Positions 8,840 through 16,276 of a stretch of DNA of 36,459 nt are shown piece by piece (positions within the stretch are counted from its first letter, which is position 1; the number at the start of each line of letters is the position of its first letter). The stretch comes from a virus (taxonomy: Duplodnaviria; Caudoviricetes): the IMG/VR virus record IMGVR_UViG_3300007363_000050, positions 1-36,459 of that record; one strand, given 5' to 3'. The position numbers and the translations under genes were made by a program. The notes below the pieces were generated by a model. That model saw only the letters and a list, made by a program, of their open reading frames with translations, ran no database searches and had not been told where the DNA came from.

Positions 8840-9061
8840 CTACCACTTCCGCACCGTGCCGCAGACCGTGCAGGCCCATGCGGACGTGAAGAATGGCCCC
8901 CGCTGCTCGGCGTGGAGCGTGTGCCTGAGCTGCCGATGGGCGGCAAACCAGAAGGCGTCTGGCATCCGCAGATGGGCCGTGGCGTCGCGCCGTTCGGCGT
9001 CCAGTTCGGCCAGTCCAGGATTGCAGCGGCCTTCGCAAATCAGTCGAGCGGTTCTGTCCAT
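8840..9061 (-). CDS. Small Cys-containing hypothetical protein
   Basis: AAGGAG SD; CEGRC...CTVCG. Confidence 0.65.
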   Translation of the reverse strand: MDRTARLICEGRCNPGLAELDAERRDATAHLRMPDAFWFAAHRQLRHTLHAEQRGPFFTSAWACTVCGTVRKW

Positions 9062-9390
9062 AGTCCATGCTCCTTGAGGGCGGCTTCGTAGCCTTTGGTG
9101 TAGCCGCGGTTGTATCCCGTGGTGGCCCCGGCATGATAGCCCTTCCGGTAGGCCTTCGCGTAGGCCGTGGGCGCGTCAATCTCGCCAATCATCGCCCGGA
9201 CCCGCTCAAAGTGCTTGCGCTTCGTGGCCAGTGCCCCGCGTTTGCCGGCGGCTTCGGCCCACGCGCGCAGGCGCGCTTTCTCTTCCGGGCCGATGGTGCG
9301 CTTCCGGCACTTGCGCGAGCAGGCCTTCTGCACGGCGCGCGGCGCGTCGAAGGCCTTCTTGCAGGTGATACAGATTTTCTTTACTGGCAT
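9040..9390 (-). CDS. Hypothetical protein with N-terminal Zn finger
   Basis: CITC...CSRKC; GY-repeat C-terminus; GGAGG SD. Confidence 0.7.
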   Translation of the reverse strand: MPVKKICITCKKAFDAPRAVQKACSRKCRKRTIGPEEKARLRAWAEAAGKRGALATKRKHFERVRAMIGEIDAPTAYAKAYRKGYHAGATTGYNRGYTKGYEAALKEHGLWTEPLD

Positions 9391-9923
9391 GATGCCTCCG
9401 GGCCTGCGATACGTGCTGCCAAGGTGTGCTGGCCCATCGCCTTCAGGCGCGCCAGAAACTCCGCTTCGGTCATGGCCACAGCCGCCGGTCGCAGCTTCGC
9501 CCGTGCGCGCTGCTCGGCGGCGCTGATGGGCATCTGTGATTTTGCGAGGTGGCTTGTGTCTGGCGGCGGCACCCGGCAGTCTGGGCAGCGCCTCACGCCT
9601 TCGTAGACCGTCTCGCCCAGCCCGTAGCCGCGGAACGGCACGGCGTCAATCCACGTCGACCCGGCGCACGTTGGGCACTTGCGCGAGACCACCTGGTCGG
9701 GCGCTTTCAGGGCGGTCACTTCCGCGAGCAGCTCGGCCAGCGTCGGCCACCAGCGGTCGGTCTTCTTGGCCATCAGGTTGTCCACCGCGCGCGTCAGCCG
9801 CTCGGCGTCGATATGCTCCAAGGCCTTGTGCCACTCCTGCCCCATCGACTCGATGCTATGGGGCACGTAGTAGCCCGCCAGCGCCAGCCGGTTCATCTCG
9901 TCGAATACATCGTTTAGTCTCAT
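9381..9923 (-). CDS. Putative helicase loader / replication accessory protein with Zn ribbon
   Basis: Follows the initiator gene; W..L...AV...WPTLAEL pattern resembles phage loader proteins; CPTC...CPDC. Confidence 0.55.
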   Translation of the reverse strand: MRLNDVFDEMNRLALAGYYVPHSIESMGQEWHKALEHIDAERLTRAVDNLMAKKTDRWWPTLAELLAEVTALKAPDQVVSRKCPTCAGSTWIDAVPFRGYGLGETVYEGVRRCPDCRVPPPDTSHLAKSQMPISAAEQRARAKLRPAAVAMTEAEFLARLKAMGQHTLAARIAGPEASCQ

Positions 9924-10768
9924 CGCCCCTCCTGCATCCGTGCCCGTCGTTCCGCGTTCAAGCGAATAATCCGCGTGACCGGCCCCTCATGCGGGTAAAG
10001 GTCGCGGTCACCGTCGTCCATCTTCTCTGTCCACCGGGCGTTCCAGAACTCCCACATCGACCCCGTCGGCACCCGGCCTGAGGCCTCCCACCGTTCCCGC
10101 ACGGACTGCGCCCATGCCAGCACCTGCGCGGGCGTCATCTTCGCTCGCCGTGCAAACTGGTTCGCCATATCTTGCGGCAGGCAGACCCAGTCGCACATCT
10201 CTGTGATATGCCCCCCGTGGCGTTTGTGGAAATGCAATGGGCTTTCAACCAGAGAACCTCTTCTCTCTGGTTGTACTGACTCTGGTTCAACTACCTCTGG
10301 TTTTTGCACAAATCCTTGGGGGTATCCTTGCACAAATCCTTGGGGGGGTATACCCCCACCAATTTGTGCAGCAGCACTCTTTGAGGGCATGTCCTGCTGG
10401 TGTGCATGGCTGGGTGCCTGAACGCCATCTGTCGTGCGCGCGGCCATCTGCGGTGGGGCCACGAAGACCAGCGTATAGTGATTCGTCATGACCTTGCCGT
10501 CCTTGGTCATGCGCCGATCCTTGGTCAACGCGCCGATACTGACCAGCTCGCGCAGGGCATTGGTGACGGTGTTGCGATGCCAGCCGAGGTCATCTGCGAG
10601 GCGCTGCTGTCCGGGCCAGCATTGCCAGGTCTCGCGGTTGGCATACCGGCATGCCATCCAGCCAAATAACACCTTGGCGTTGGATTGAATCGGCGCGGTT
10701 AACACCCACGCGGGTGTCATCCCAAACGGACCCAGTTGTGTGCGAAATCGAGCGGGCGATTCGTCCAT
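9920..10768 (-). CDS. Replication initiator (N-terminal winged HTH, HTH_36-like)
   Basis: AKVLFGWM...CWPGQQRLADDLGWHRNTVTNALRELVSIG...NHYTL; internal DNA repeats; AAAGGA SD before ATG 10768. Confidence 0.8.
   Translation of the reverse strand: MDESPARFRTQLGPFGMTPAWVLTAPIQSNAKVLFGWMACRYANRETWQCWPGQQRLADDLGWHRNTVTNALRELVSIGALTKDRRMTKDGKVMTNHYTLVFVAPPQMAARTTDGVQAPSHAHQQDMPSKSAAAQIGGGIPPQGFVQGYPQGFVQKPEVVEPESVQPERRGSLVESPLHFHKRHGGHITEMCDWVCLPQDMANQFARRAKMTPAQVLAWAQSVRERWEASGRVPTGSMWEFWNARWTEKMDDGDRDLYPHEGPVTRIIRLNAERRARMQEGR
10265..10370. repeat. Putative replication origin inside the initiator gene
   Basis: 19-nt direct repeat TTGCACAAATCCTTGGGGG at 10304 and 10328; palindrome GGGGGTATACCCCC at 10344-10357; inverted copy ATTTGTGCA ending at 10370; CTCTGGTT three times at about 15-nt spacing. 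Confidence 0.7.
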
Positions 10769-10770
10769 CT

Positions 10771-11059
10771 CTGTCCTTTCATGCAGGACAGCACCCACGG
10801 TACAATGGCGGGAGCCTGTCGCTGCGGAGTTCAGCGTCACGGTCAGGGCACGGACGAGGCCTCATACCTCGGTCGTGCCCGTTTAGTCTACACCAGACCG
10901 ACGCCCCGGCGTCTCTCCTTCCAGCTCAGTTTGAGTGAAAGCACCGAAGCGTCGGCCCAGATGAAGGGCCGGTCGTGCCGCCTCCCAGCGCCGCACACAG
11001 CGTGCGGTGGTTTTCCGCTCAGGGTTCGGGCTGAAGCGGGGGCACCGAGCACAACCGGC
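10771..11059 (-). ncRNA. Highly structured intergenic RNA / leader upstream of the replication initiator
   Basis: 11-bp stem (11049-11059 with 10968-10978) enclosing two hairpins; 16-bp stem with four G-U pairs (10942-10957 with 10896-10911); hairpin 10846-10880; hairpin 10771-10791 covering the SD. Confidence 0.55.
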
Positions 11060-11065
11060 ACCACC

Positions 11066-11341
11066 TTAGAACGGAATGTCGTCGCTCGTCACCGCCCGAC
11101 GGCCGGACGGTGCGGCCGCAGGCGCGGCCTGCTGCCCCATCACGGTGCCCAGATAGCTCGAGAGCCAGGGCGTCTGCTCATAGATGCGATAGTCCGGCGT
11201 CTTTTCCCCGTCCTGCTTTTTGCTATTCGGAAACACCACAATGCGCTGCCCATTCACCGTGCCGCTGAGATAGGGCATCCCGTTCTTGCTCGTCTGCTTC
11301 CACAGACCGCCGATGTCTTTCTTCTGCTGCTGGTCGCTCAC
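11066..11341 (-). CDS. DUF736-like / SSB-like protein
   Basis: IGGLWKQTSKNGMPYLSG...PDYRIY and acidic C-terminal DDIPF; GTGA coupling. Confidence 0.75.
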   Translation of the reverse strand: MSDQQQKKDIGGLWKQTSKNGMPYLSGTVNGQRIVVFPNSKKQDGEKTPDYRIYEQTPWLSSYLGTVMGQQAAPAAAPSGRRAVTSDDIPF

Positions 11342-11994
11342 GCTGTCACTCCTTCTGGTTGCCGCCACGTCTGCACGGCCGCGTTGACCTCGGCCAGGAA
11401 CGGCTCAAGGTAATCCATCCGATACATCTCCACCCGAATTCTCGACACGACCTCCACCACCAGTTGCATATGCGGCGGCATCGCGGGGCAGTAGCTCGCC
11501 AGCCAGCAGGCATCAGCCCCAGTCACCAGCAGATTGTGCGTGCATTGGTCGAGGTAGTCACGCACCATCGCCATGGGCGCGTTCAGATAGCGCCAATGGG
11601 TCTTCGGCTTCGGCACCTTCAGTTCCACGATGTCGCCCTGACTGGTGTAGCCGTCGATGCTGCACCCGACCCACGGCAGCTGCGTCGATTGCAGGAAGCC
11701 AGACTCGAAGATGAGCGTGTCAAGGCGCGTCTCCAATGCCGACCGCGCCGCGCCTTCCAGTTCGCTGCCGCGGACCATCCACGGCGTGACGACGGCGTCC
11801 TCGGCACTCTGGCCCGTCAGTCGCTCGACCACCACCTGCGTCAGGTAGTCTTCACGCGCCGCGCTGGGCTTGCCGTCTTTCCGCGTCGCCGTGATGTCTG
11901 CGGCCCTCGACCCGGTCACGTAGCCTACACGTGCCTGGAGCCATTCCGACGTCCCCTGCGCCGCCGGATGCACCGTGTAGCGGTCAGGCCTCAT
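11338..11994 (-). CDS. YqaJ / lambda-type exonuclease
   Basis: QGTSEWLQARVG.VTGS...RGSELE...SIDG...VELKVP motifs; ATGA coupling to ERF. Confidence 0.9.
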   Translation of the reverse strand: MRPDRYTVHPAAQGTSEWLQARVGYVTGSRAADITATRKDGKPSAAREDYLTQVVVERLTGQSAEDAVVTPWMVRGSELEGAARSALETRLDTLIFESGFLQSTQLPWVGCSIDGYTSQGDIVELKVPKPKTHWRYLNAPMAMVRDYLDQCTHNLLVTGADACWLASYCPAMPPHMQLVVEVVSRIRVEMYRMDYLEPFLAEVNAAVQTWRQPEGVTA

Positions 11995-12602
11995 GCCTGC
12001 ACCTGCGCCGCACGGGCCTTGATGCCGCTCAGGTGCTGGTCGTAGTGCGTCTTGGCAAACGTCTTGTATTCCGGTTTGCTCGTCTTCCACGCCTCGGCCA
12101 CGGCCGCGGACCCATTTTCTGCCAGCACTTCGAGGTCCAGCAGCCACTGGCTGAAGCCTTCCGGCTCGGTCACCACCACTTCGTGCGTCGTGGCGTCCGC
12201 GTCTGGCGTGCCGTCGACGGGCACGCAGAACGCCTGAAACATCGCATACTTGTAGGCGGCAGACATCGCCTTGTTCGTGGCCTTGTCGCCAGAGTCCATC
12301 GCCTCGCCCATCACCCGAACGGTGTGATTCGACCCATCTTCTGCGGCCACAATGTCGTATTCGACGTCCAGCACCACATAAAACAAGGCCGTGCCACGCG
12401 CGTTCGCCCGTTCCACCACCGTGCGCGACAGCACCCGTGGCAGCAGCATCAGCCCGTGCCGCGCCATCACCGGCGACAGCGCGTTCATCACGTCATCAAT
12501 GCCCCGGAACCGGAAGCCTTGCGACTCGTTCTTCTGGCGCTTGCCCACGCCCACTTGCGCCAACTCTGCGGCCACAGCCGCAATTGCCTTGTAGACCTGC
12601 AT
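11991..12602 (-). CDS. erf: ERF-family single-strand annealing recombinase
   Basis: KNESQGFRFRGIDDVMNAL...GEAMDSGDKATNKAMSAAYKYA...DAD. Confidence 0.9.
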   Translation of the reverse strand: MQVYKAIAAVAAELAQVGVGKRQKNESQGFRFRGIDDVMNALSPVMARHGLMLLPRVLSRTVVERANARGTALFYVVLDVEYDIVAAEDGSNHTVRVMGEAMDSGDKATNKAMSAAYKYAMFQAFCVPVDGTPDADATTHEVVVTEPEGFSQWLLDLEVLAENGSAAVAEAWKTSKPEYKTFAKTHYDQHLSGIKARAAQVQA

Positions 12603-12620
12603 ATGCCCTCCGCTGTCGTT

Positions 12621-12722
12621 TTAGAATGCGCCCAATGCCACCAGTGTCCAGAAGGCCATGATGGGTCCCACCACCACGCCAAACACCAGCGCCTCGCCCC
12701 ACGTCGGTTCTTTCGCTCTCAC
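12621..12722 (-). CDS. Small membrane peptide, 33 aa
   Basis: GTGA overlap and GGAGG SD; MRAKEPTWGEALVFGVVVGPIMAFWTLVALGAF*. Confidence 0.55.
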   Translation of the reverse strand: MRAKEPTWGEALVFGVVVGPIMAFWTLVALGAF

Positions 12723-12937
12723 TTCGTCACCTCCTGCACTTTGCGCGGCCGTCCCGTCTTGCGGCGCGGCCGGTTCTGGATGGCCTCACGGTCGGCAGGC
12801 GTCAGGATGCACACGCCGCCAAACTTGCTCAGCGTCAGCCCCGTGGCCTGCACAAGCTGATGCACCCGCGCGCGGGTCACGCCACGCTCGGCCGCATACT
12901 CTTTCATGGTCATTGCCCCGTCCGGTCGATTGTCCAT
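12719..12937 (-). CDS. Small HTH DNA-binding protein (Cro/Xis-like) with C-terminal GRPRK AT-hook-like motif; probably leaderless
   Basis: MTMKEYAAERGVTRARVHQL; ATG 12937 lies 6 nt after a -10 box. Confidence 0.75.
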   Translation of the reverse strand: MDNRPDGAMTMKEYAAERGVTRARVHQLVQATGLTLSKFGGVCILTPADREAIQNRPRRKTGRPRKVQEVTK

Positions 12938-12943
12938 GAATTG

Positions 12944-12972
12944 ACTATACATCATGCAAGGCATCAGTGCAA
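12944..12972 (-). promoter_or_regulatory. Sigma70-type early promoter TTGCAC-N17-TATAGT
   Basis: Exact 17-nt spacing, immediately downstream of a terminator; contains an imperfect direct repeat TTGCA(C)TGATG. Confidence 0.75.
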
Positions 12973-12977
12973 GCGAT

Positions 12978-13016
12978 AAAAAAAGCCCCGGCACCGTTGG
13001 GCGGCAGTGCCGGGGC
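12978..13016 (-). terminator. Rho-independent terminator
   Basis: GCCCCGGCAC...GTGCCGGGGC stem followed by T7. Confidence 0.9.
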
Positions 13017-13056
13017 AGGCGTGCGGAGGACACGCGCATTCGCGGAGGGCGAATGT
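12978..13056 (-). ncRNA. Predicted ~79-nt three-hairpin small RNA with two CCUCC (anti-SD) loops
   Basis: CAUUCGC-CCUCC-GCGAAUG; GCGUGU-CCUCC-GCACGC; terminator hairpin with CCGCCCAA loop; extended -10 directly upstream. Confidence 0.75.
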
Positions 13057-13060
13057 CTCG

Positions 13061-13069
13061 ACTATACCA
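13061..13069 (-). promoter_or_regulatory. Extended -10 promoter TGG-TATAGT for the small RNA
   Basis: TGn plus TATAGT, 5 nt before the first hairpin; no good -35. Confidence 0.6.
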
Positions 13070-13078
13070 AAGTTTGCG

Positions 13079-13420
13079 TTAATGCACCACGCCCGACGGC
13101 GGCGGCGCAATGGCTGGCGGTTCGGCCTGCATCGGGGCCACAAAGACCGGCAACCCGAGGCACAGGGCCAGCCAGAGTTCCCAGCGCGCGCCACGCGAGG
13201 CTTCCCAGCTTGGCAACAGCACGATGGCGTCTGCCAAGCGCAGATGCCACAGGCAGACCAGCAGGCACCGCCACCACGGCCGCGTGATGGGGTTCAGCGC
13301 CGCTGGGTTGATGGCCGTAATGCCCCGCTGCCGCAAGCATTCCTCCATCGCGTAAAAGGCCGGATGGTTCCAGTTTGGAAGGCCTGTCATGGGTCCGGCG
13401 ATATAGACCAACGGCGTCAC
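13079..13420 (-). CDS. DUF4406-family protein (nucleoside deoxyribosyltransferase-like fold)
   Basis: VYIAGPMTGLPNWNHPAF...NPA...DAIVLLPSWEASRGARWE. Confidence 0.85.
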   Translation of the reverse strand: MTPLVYIAGPMTGLPNWNHPAFYAMEECLRQRGITAINPAALNPITRPWWRCLLVCLWHLRLADAIVLLPSWEASRGARWELWLALCLGLPVFVAPMQAEPPAIAPPPSGVVH

Positions 13421-13995
13421 TGGAACCTCCGGCGAGCGCGGTCTGGGTCAAACGCTCGGTCCACCAGCCGAATGAGCCGGTCGCGCGCCTCGTCCTGGCG
13501 CGCCTCGATGTTGTCAATGATGGCGTCGAACGTGAAGCCGTCCAGTGACGTCTCGCTGGCGTGTCCCGCATCGCGGTCGGTCGTGATGACCCGTGAGCCG
13601 TCCGCATGCCAGCGCCGCACGTCCACGCAGATGCCGCCGTAGGCGCGAATGAACGCGGCCTCGTTGGGGAACCGGAGGTCAGGAATTACCACCAGCAGCC
13701 CCTCCGGAGCGCTCTCCAGCCATTCATGAATGGTCCACGCCACAATCCTGACCCACGTGTCAGGGTCATGCGCGCGGCCCTCCATGCCGAGCCGTTGCAG
13801 CAGTGGCCCGTCCTTCGTCGTCATGCCGTAGTCGGCTCGCGCCAGCACTTTCACGGCGTCGGCAAACCCAAGACGGCGGCTGTTGCCGTAGTGGTTCAGC
13901 AGGGCATCCGTCAGCATGTCCTTGCCCTGCCGCGCTTTGTGCCCGAGGCCCACGATGGCCACGCCGTCAAGATTCGGCCATGTCGTCGTCGTCAT
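13417..13995 (-). CDS. Deoxynucleoside monophosphate kinase-like protein
   Basis: GLGHKARQGKD P-loop, FAD..K, LLQRLG...R, VVIPDLRFPNE, HASE. Confidence 0.85.
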   Translation of the reverse strand: MTTTTWPNLDGVAIVGLGHKARQGKDMLTDALLNHYGNSRRLGFADAVKVLARADYGMTTKDGPLLQRLGMEGRAHDPDTWVRIVAWTIHEWLESAPEGLLVVIPDLRFPNEAAFIRAYGGICVDVRRWHADGSRVITTDRDAGHASETSLDGFTFDAIIDNIEARQDEARDRLIRLVDRAFDPDRARRRFQ

Positions 13996-14164
13996 CTTCC
14001 GTCAGTCCATCGGCGCGTCGTGCGACGGCCATAATGCCCGGATAGAGCTGGAGCGTCACCCAATCCAGTGCCCGCAGAATGCCGACGGCCAGCGCGTGCA
14101 GCAGACAGACGCCCACCCACACCACGGCCATCGGCGCATACAGCATAGCCCAGAGCAGGCGCAT
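13967..14164 (-). CDS. Small membrane protein with acidic tail
   Basis: MRLLWAMLYAPMAVVWVGVCLL...EDDDDD; fills the gap between neighbours. Confidence 0.55.
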   Translation of the reverse strand: MRLLWAMLYAPMAVVWVGVCLLHALAVGILRALDWVTLQLYPGIMAVARRADGLTEDDDDDMAES

Positions 14165-14166
14165 GG

Positions 14167-14586
14167 TTAGGCGCGCATCAAGAGCGAATGCGACCTGAAC
14201 TGCCGCAGCCGCAGATAGTCTGGCACGAACAGGTAGCACCGCCCGTCACCGTCGACAATGCGCCCCGCCCACAGAAACGCGGCATGTCCGTCCGGGCCGT
14301 CAATGTCCGTGCAATACAGGATGCCGGTATCCGCATGCAGGTCAGGTCGGCGCTTGACGCGGGTCTTGATGCCCAGCCGGGACGCTGCGTGCCGAAACTC
14401 AGCCCACGGGGCCACGCCTTGCGCCAGCACGCTCGCCGGGTTGTGGAACGCGGCAAACGCCGTGGGCCAGTCGACGCCACAGAGCATCGCCAGTGAAGCC
14501 ACCGCGCAGTCGCCATGCCCCTGCTGCTGCGGGATGAACCGCACCAGGTGCGGCGGCGTGCCTACCAGCGTGCTTGGTCGAGCCAT
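14167..14586 (-). CDS. Peptidase C39-like (papain-fold) protein
   Basis: QQQGHGDCAVASLAML...GHA...IVDG fits the Q/C/H/D catalytic pattern. Confidence 0.65.
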   Translation of the reverse strand: MARPSTLVGTPPHLVRFIPQQQGHGDCAVASLAMLCGVDWPTAFAAFHNPASVLAQGVAPWAEFRHAASRLGIKTRVKRRPDLHADTGILYCTDIDGPDGHAAFLWAGRIVDGDGRCYLFVPDYLRLRQFRSHSLLMRA

Positions 14587-15707
14587 ACCATCCGCACCGA
14601 GTGCATGTCCGTGCGTCCCTTGTGCTGCGTGAGCGTGCAGTAGCCCCGGCGCTGCGGGCGTCCGCGCACCTGTGCCGAGAGCTGATAGCCGTGCGTCTCC
14701 GTCATGCAGCCCAGCTCAATGAGCAGTTTGTCGGCGCGCCACGGAATCCACGCCAACTGATGCGTATGGGCTTGGCAGAGGATGCGCCACGGGTCCAGCT
14801 GCATGGCCTGTTCCTGATCGCTCAGCCATTCCTCGACCCCGCGCATGGCCGACCCAGGCACGCGGGAGAACTTCTCGGCATGCGACACGATGATGTCGCC
14901 GACCTGCGTACACCACTTGACGTCGAACCGCCCGACTTGCACCGGGTTGAACCTTACGTTCGGATAGCGGCGGCACATGGCGCGCAGCACCGATAGGTCC
15001 CCGCCCGCCAGATATTGCAGCGCGGCCACCATTTCTTCAGGCAGCAGCGCTCGCACGCGGCGGTCCAGCCGCTGGTCGTGGTTGCCTTCAATCAGCAGGA
15101 TGTCCGAGAACGCGCCCGCCAGCGTGCCGAGCAGGGCTTCGGCCCCGGCCAGTTCCGTCTCGATGCCGACGCGTTCGTGTTTGCTGTATGACGAGATACT
15201 GTAGAGGTCGAGAAAATCGCCGGCAATGATGAGCGTGGTGTCGGGCTTGCCGCCCTCCTGCGCGATGAGATGCGCCACGGCCTCCGGGTCATGGAAGGGC
15301 GCGTGGAAGTCAGACGCCACCACATACCGGCGCGTTTCTCCGGCCTGATAGGGCGGCGCAGTGACCTGCACACGGGCGCGGCCGATGAACGCATCCAGAA
15401 TCGCCCAGGCTTCCTCGGCGGTTGACGGCAAGCGGGACGGCGCTTCCTCGTATGCGGCGCGAGGCTGCGCCACCATCGTGGGCGGCAGCGGCGGTGGCGG
15501 CGGCGGCTCCGGCGTCGGCGGGGCCAGCCCCACTGCTGGCACGGGCAAGCCACGGCTGCGCGCCCAGCTCCGCGCCATGAGCCAGCGGGCGCTGAACGTT
15601 TTCCGGTTGATGCCCACCGCCTCGGCGGCGCGCGTCACATTCTGGTAGCGGCAGACAAGTTCATAGGTGTCTTGGAGGTCGGCTTCTGACAAGGAGGGCT
15701 GCGGCAC
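14562..15707 (-). CDS. Calcineurin-like metallophosphoesterase with N-terminal HTH and Pro-rich linker
   Basis: SDFH, GDFLD, GNHD, SH and HTH metal-binding motifs; NVTRAAEAVGINRKTF helix-turn-helix. Confidence 0.85.
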   Translation of the reverse strand: MPQPSLSEADLQDTYELVCRYQNVTRAAEAVGINRKTFSARWLMARSWARSRGLPVPAVGLAPPTPEPPPPPPLPPTMVAQPRAAYEEAPSRLPSTAEEAWAILDAFIGRARVQVTAPPYQAGETRRYVVASDFHAPFHDPEAVAHLIAQEGGKPDTTLIIAGDFLDLYSISSYSKHERVGIETELAGAEALLGTLAGAFSDILLIEGNHDQRLDRRVRALLPEEMVAALQYLAGGDLSVLRAMCRRYPNVRFNPVQVGRFDVKWCTQVGDIIVSHAEKFSRVPGSAMRGVEEWLSDQEQAMQLDPWRILCQAHTHQLAWIPWRADKLLIELGCMTETHGYQLSAQVRGRPQRRGYCTLTQHKGRTDMHSVRMVWLDQARW

Positions 15708-15817
15708 TACTCGTCCTCCTGGCCTTCAGGGTCGTCAGGCAGAAAGACCACCGCGGCCACCACCATCAGCACATACGTCACCAGCACAAACCCGAGCGCA
15801 ATCGTCAGCCACACCAT
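15707..15817 (-). CDS. Small membrane protein, 36 aa
   Basis: GGAGG SD before ATG 15817; one TM helix and an acidic tail; its stop overlaps the next GTG start. Confidence 0.65.
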   Translation of the reverse strand: MVWLTIALGFVLVTYVLMVVAAVVFLPDDPEGQEDE

Positions 15818-15908
15818 GATGCCCTCCGAGTGCCACAAACCAGCGCCCGCACGCCGCGCACACCAGATATCCAGGGGTGCGTGACGTGGTCGGGCACTGG
15901 TCACACAT
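15735..15908 (-). CDS. Small CxxC-CxxC Zn-ribbon protein, 57 aa
   Basis: Manual translation MCDQCPTTSRTPGYLVCAACGRWF...; ATG 5 nt after the holin stop. Confidence 0.45.
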   Translation of the reverse strand: MCDQCPTTSRTPGYLVCAACGRWFVALGGHHGVADDCARVCAGDVCADGGGRGGLSA

Positions 15909-15913
15909 ACCGG

Positions 15914-16276
15914 TTAGTCGCTCCAGTCTTTCGCCGTAATCAGACCGATCCCAGCCAGCACCGCAGGCCCATCGGTCTGCCAGTCAATCTGGCCCGTGGC
16001 AATAATCTTGGACACCACCGCCAGAATCGTGGCCACACCCGACAGCGTCGTCTTCCAGTTCTTCATCGTTAGTCCTTTTTTGACCTCATCCGGGACCGGC
16101 ATGCCGAGCGCGAGGTCACGCGCGGCATGCAGCACGGCGTCCCACCAGGACGCCGAGAGATACTTCGTGCGCATCCGGTCACGCGCCGTCTGCCAATCCG
16201 CGCGACCCTGTTCCAGCAGGTCATACAGCCGCGACGCGGCCCCAGACAGCCGCAGCAGGCGCAACGCGCGGCGCAT
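15914..16276 (-). CDS. Holin-like protein with N-terminal extension; internal start at 16066
   Basis: C-terminal MKNWKTTLSG...GIGLITAKD two-TM segment with its own AAAGGA SD; lies in the lysis region. Confidence 0.65.
   Translation of the reverse strand: MRRALRLLRLSGAASRLYDLLEQGRADWQTARDRMRTKYLSASWWDAVLHAARDLALGMPVPDEVKKGLTMKNWKTTLSGVATILAVVSKIIATGQIDWQTDGPAVLAGIGLITAKDWSD

Noticed and set aside
10771-11059. tRNA or tmRNA in the structured intergenic region
   Set aside because: No T-loop/D-loop consensus in a cloverleaf and no acceptor stem with CCA that I could see
13019-13055. Plus-strand reading as GGA-loop CsrA/RsmA sponge hairpins
   Set aside because: Promoter, U-tract and G-U pairs all favour the minus strand; not fully excluded without transcript data
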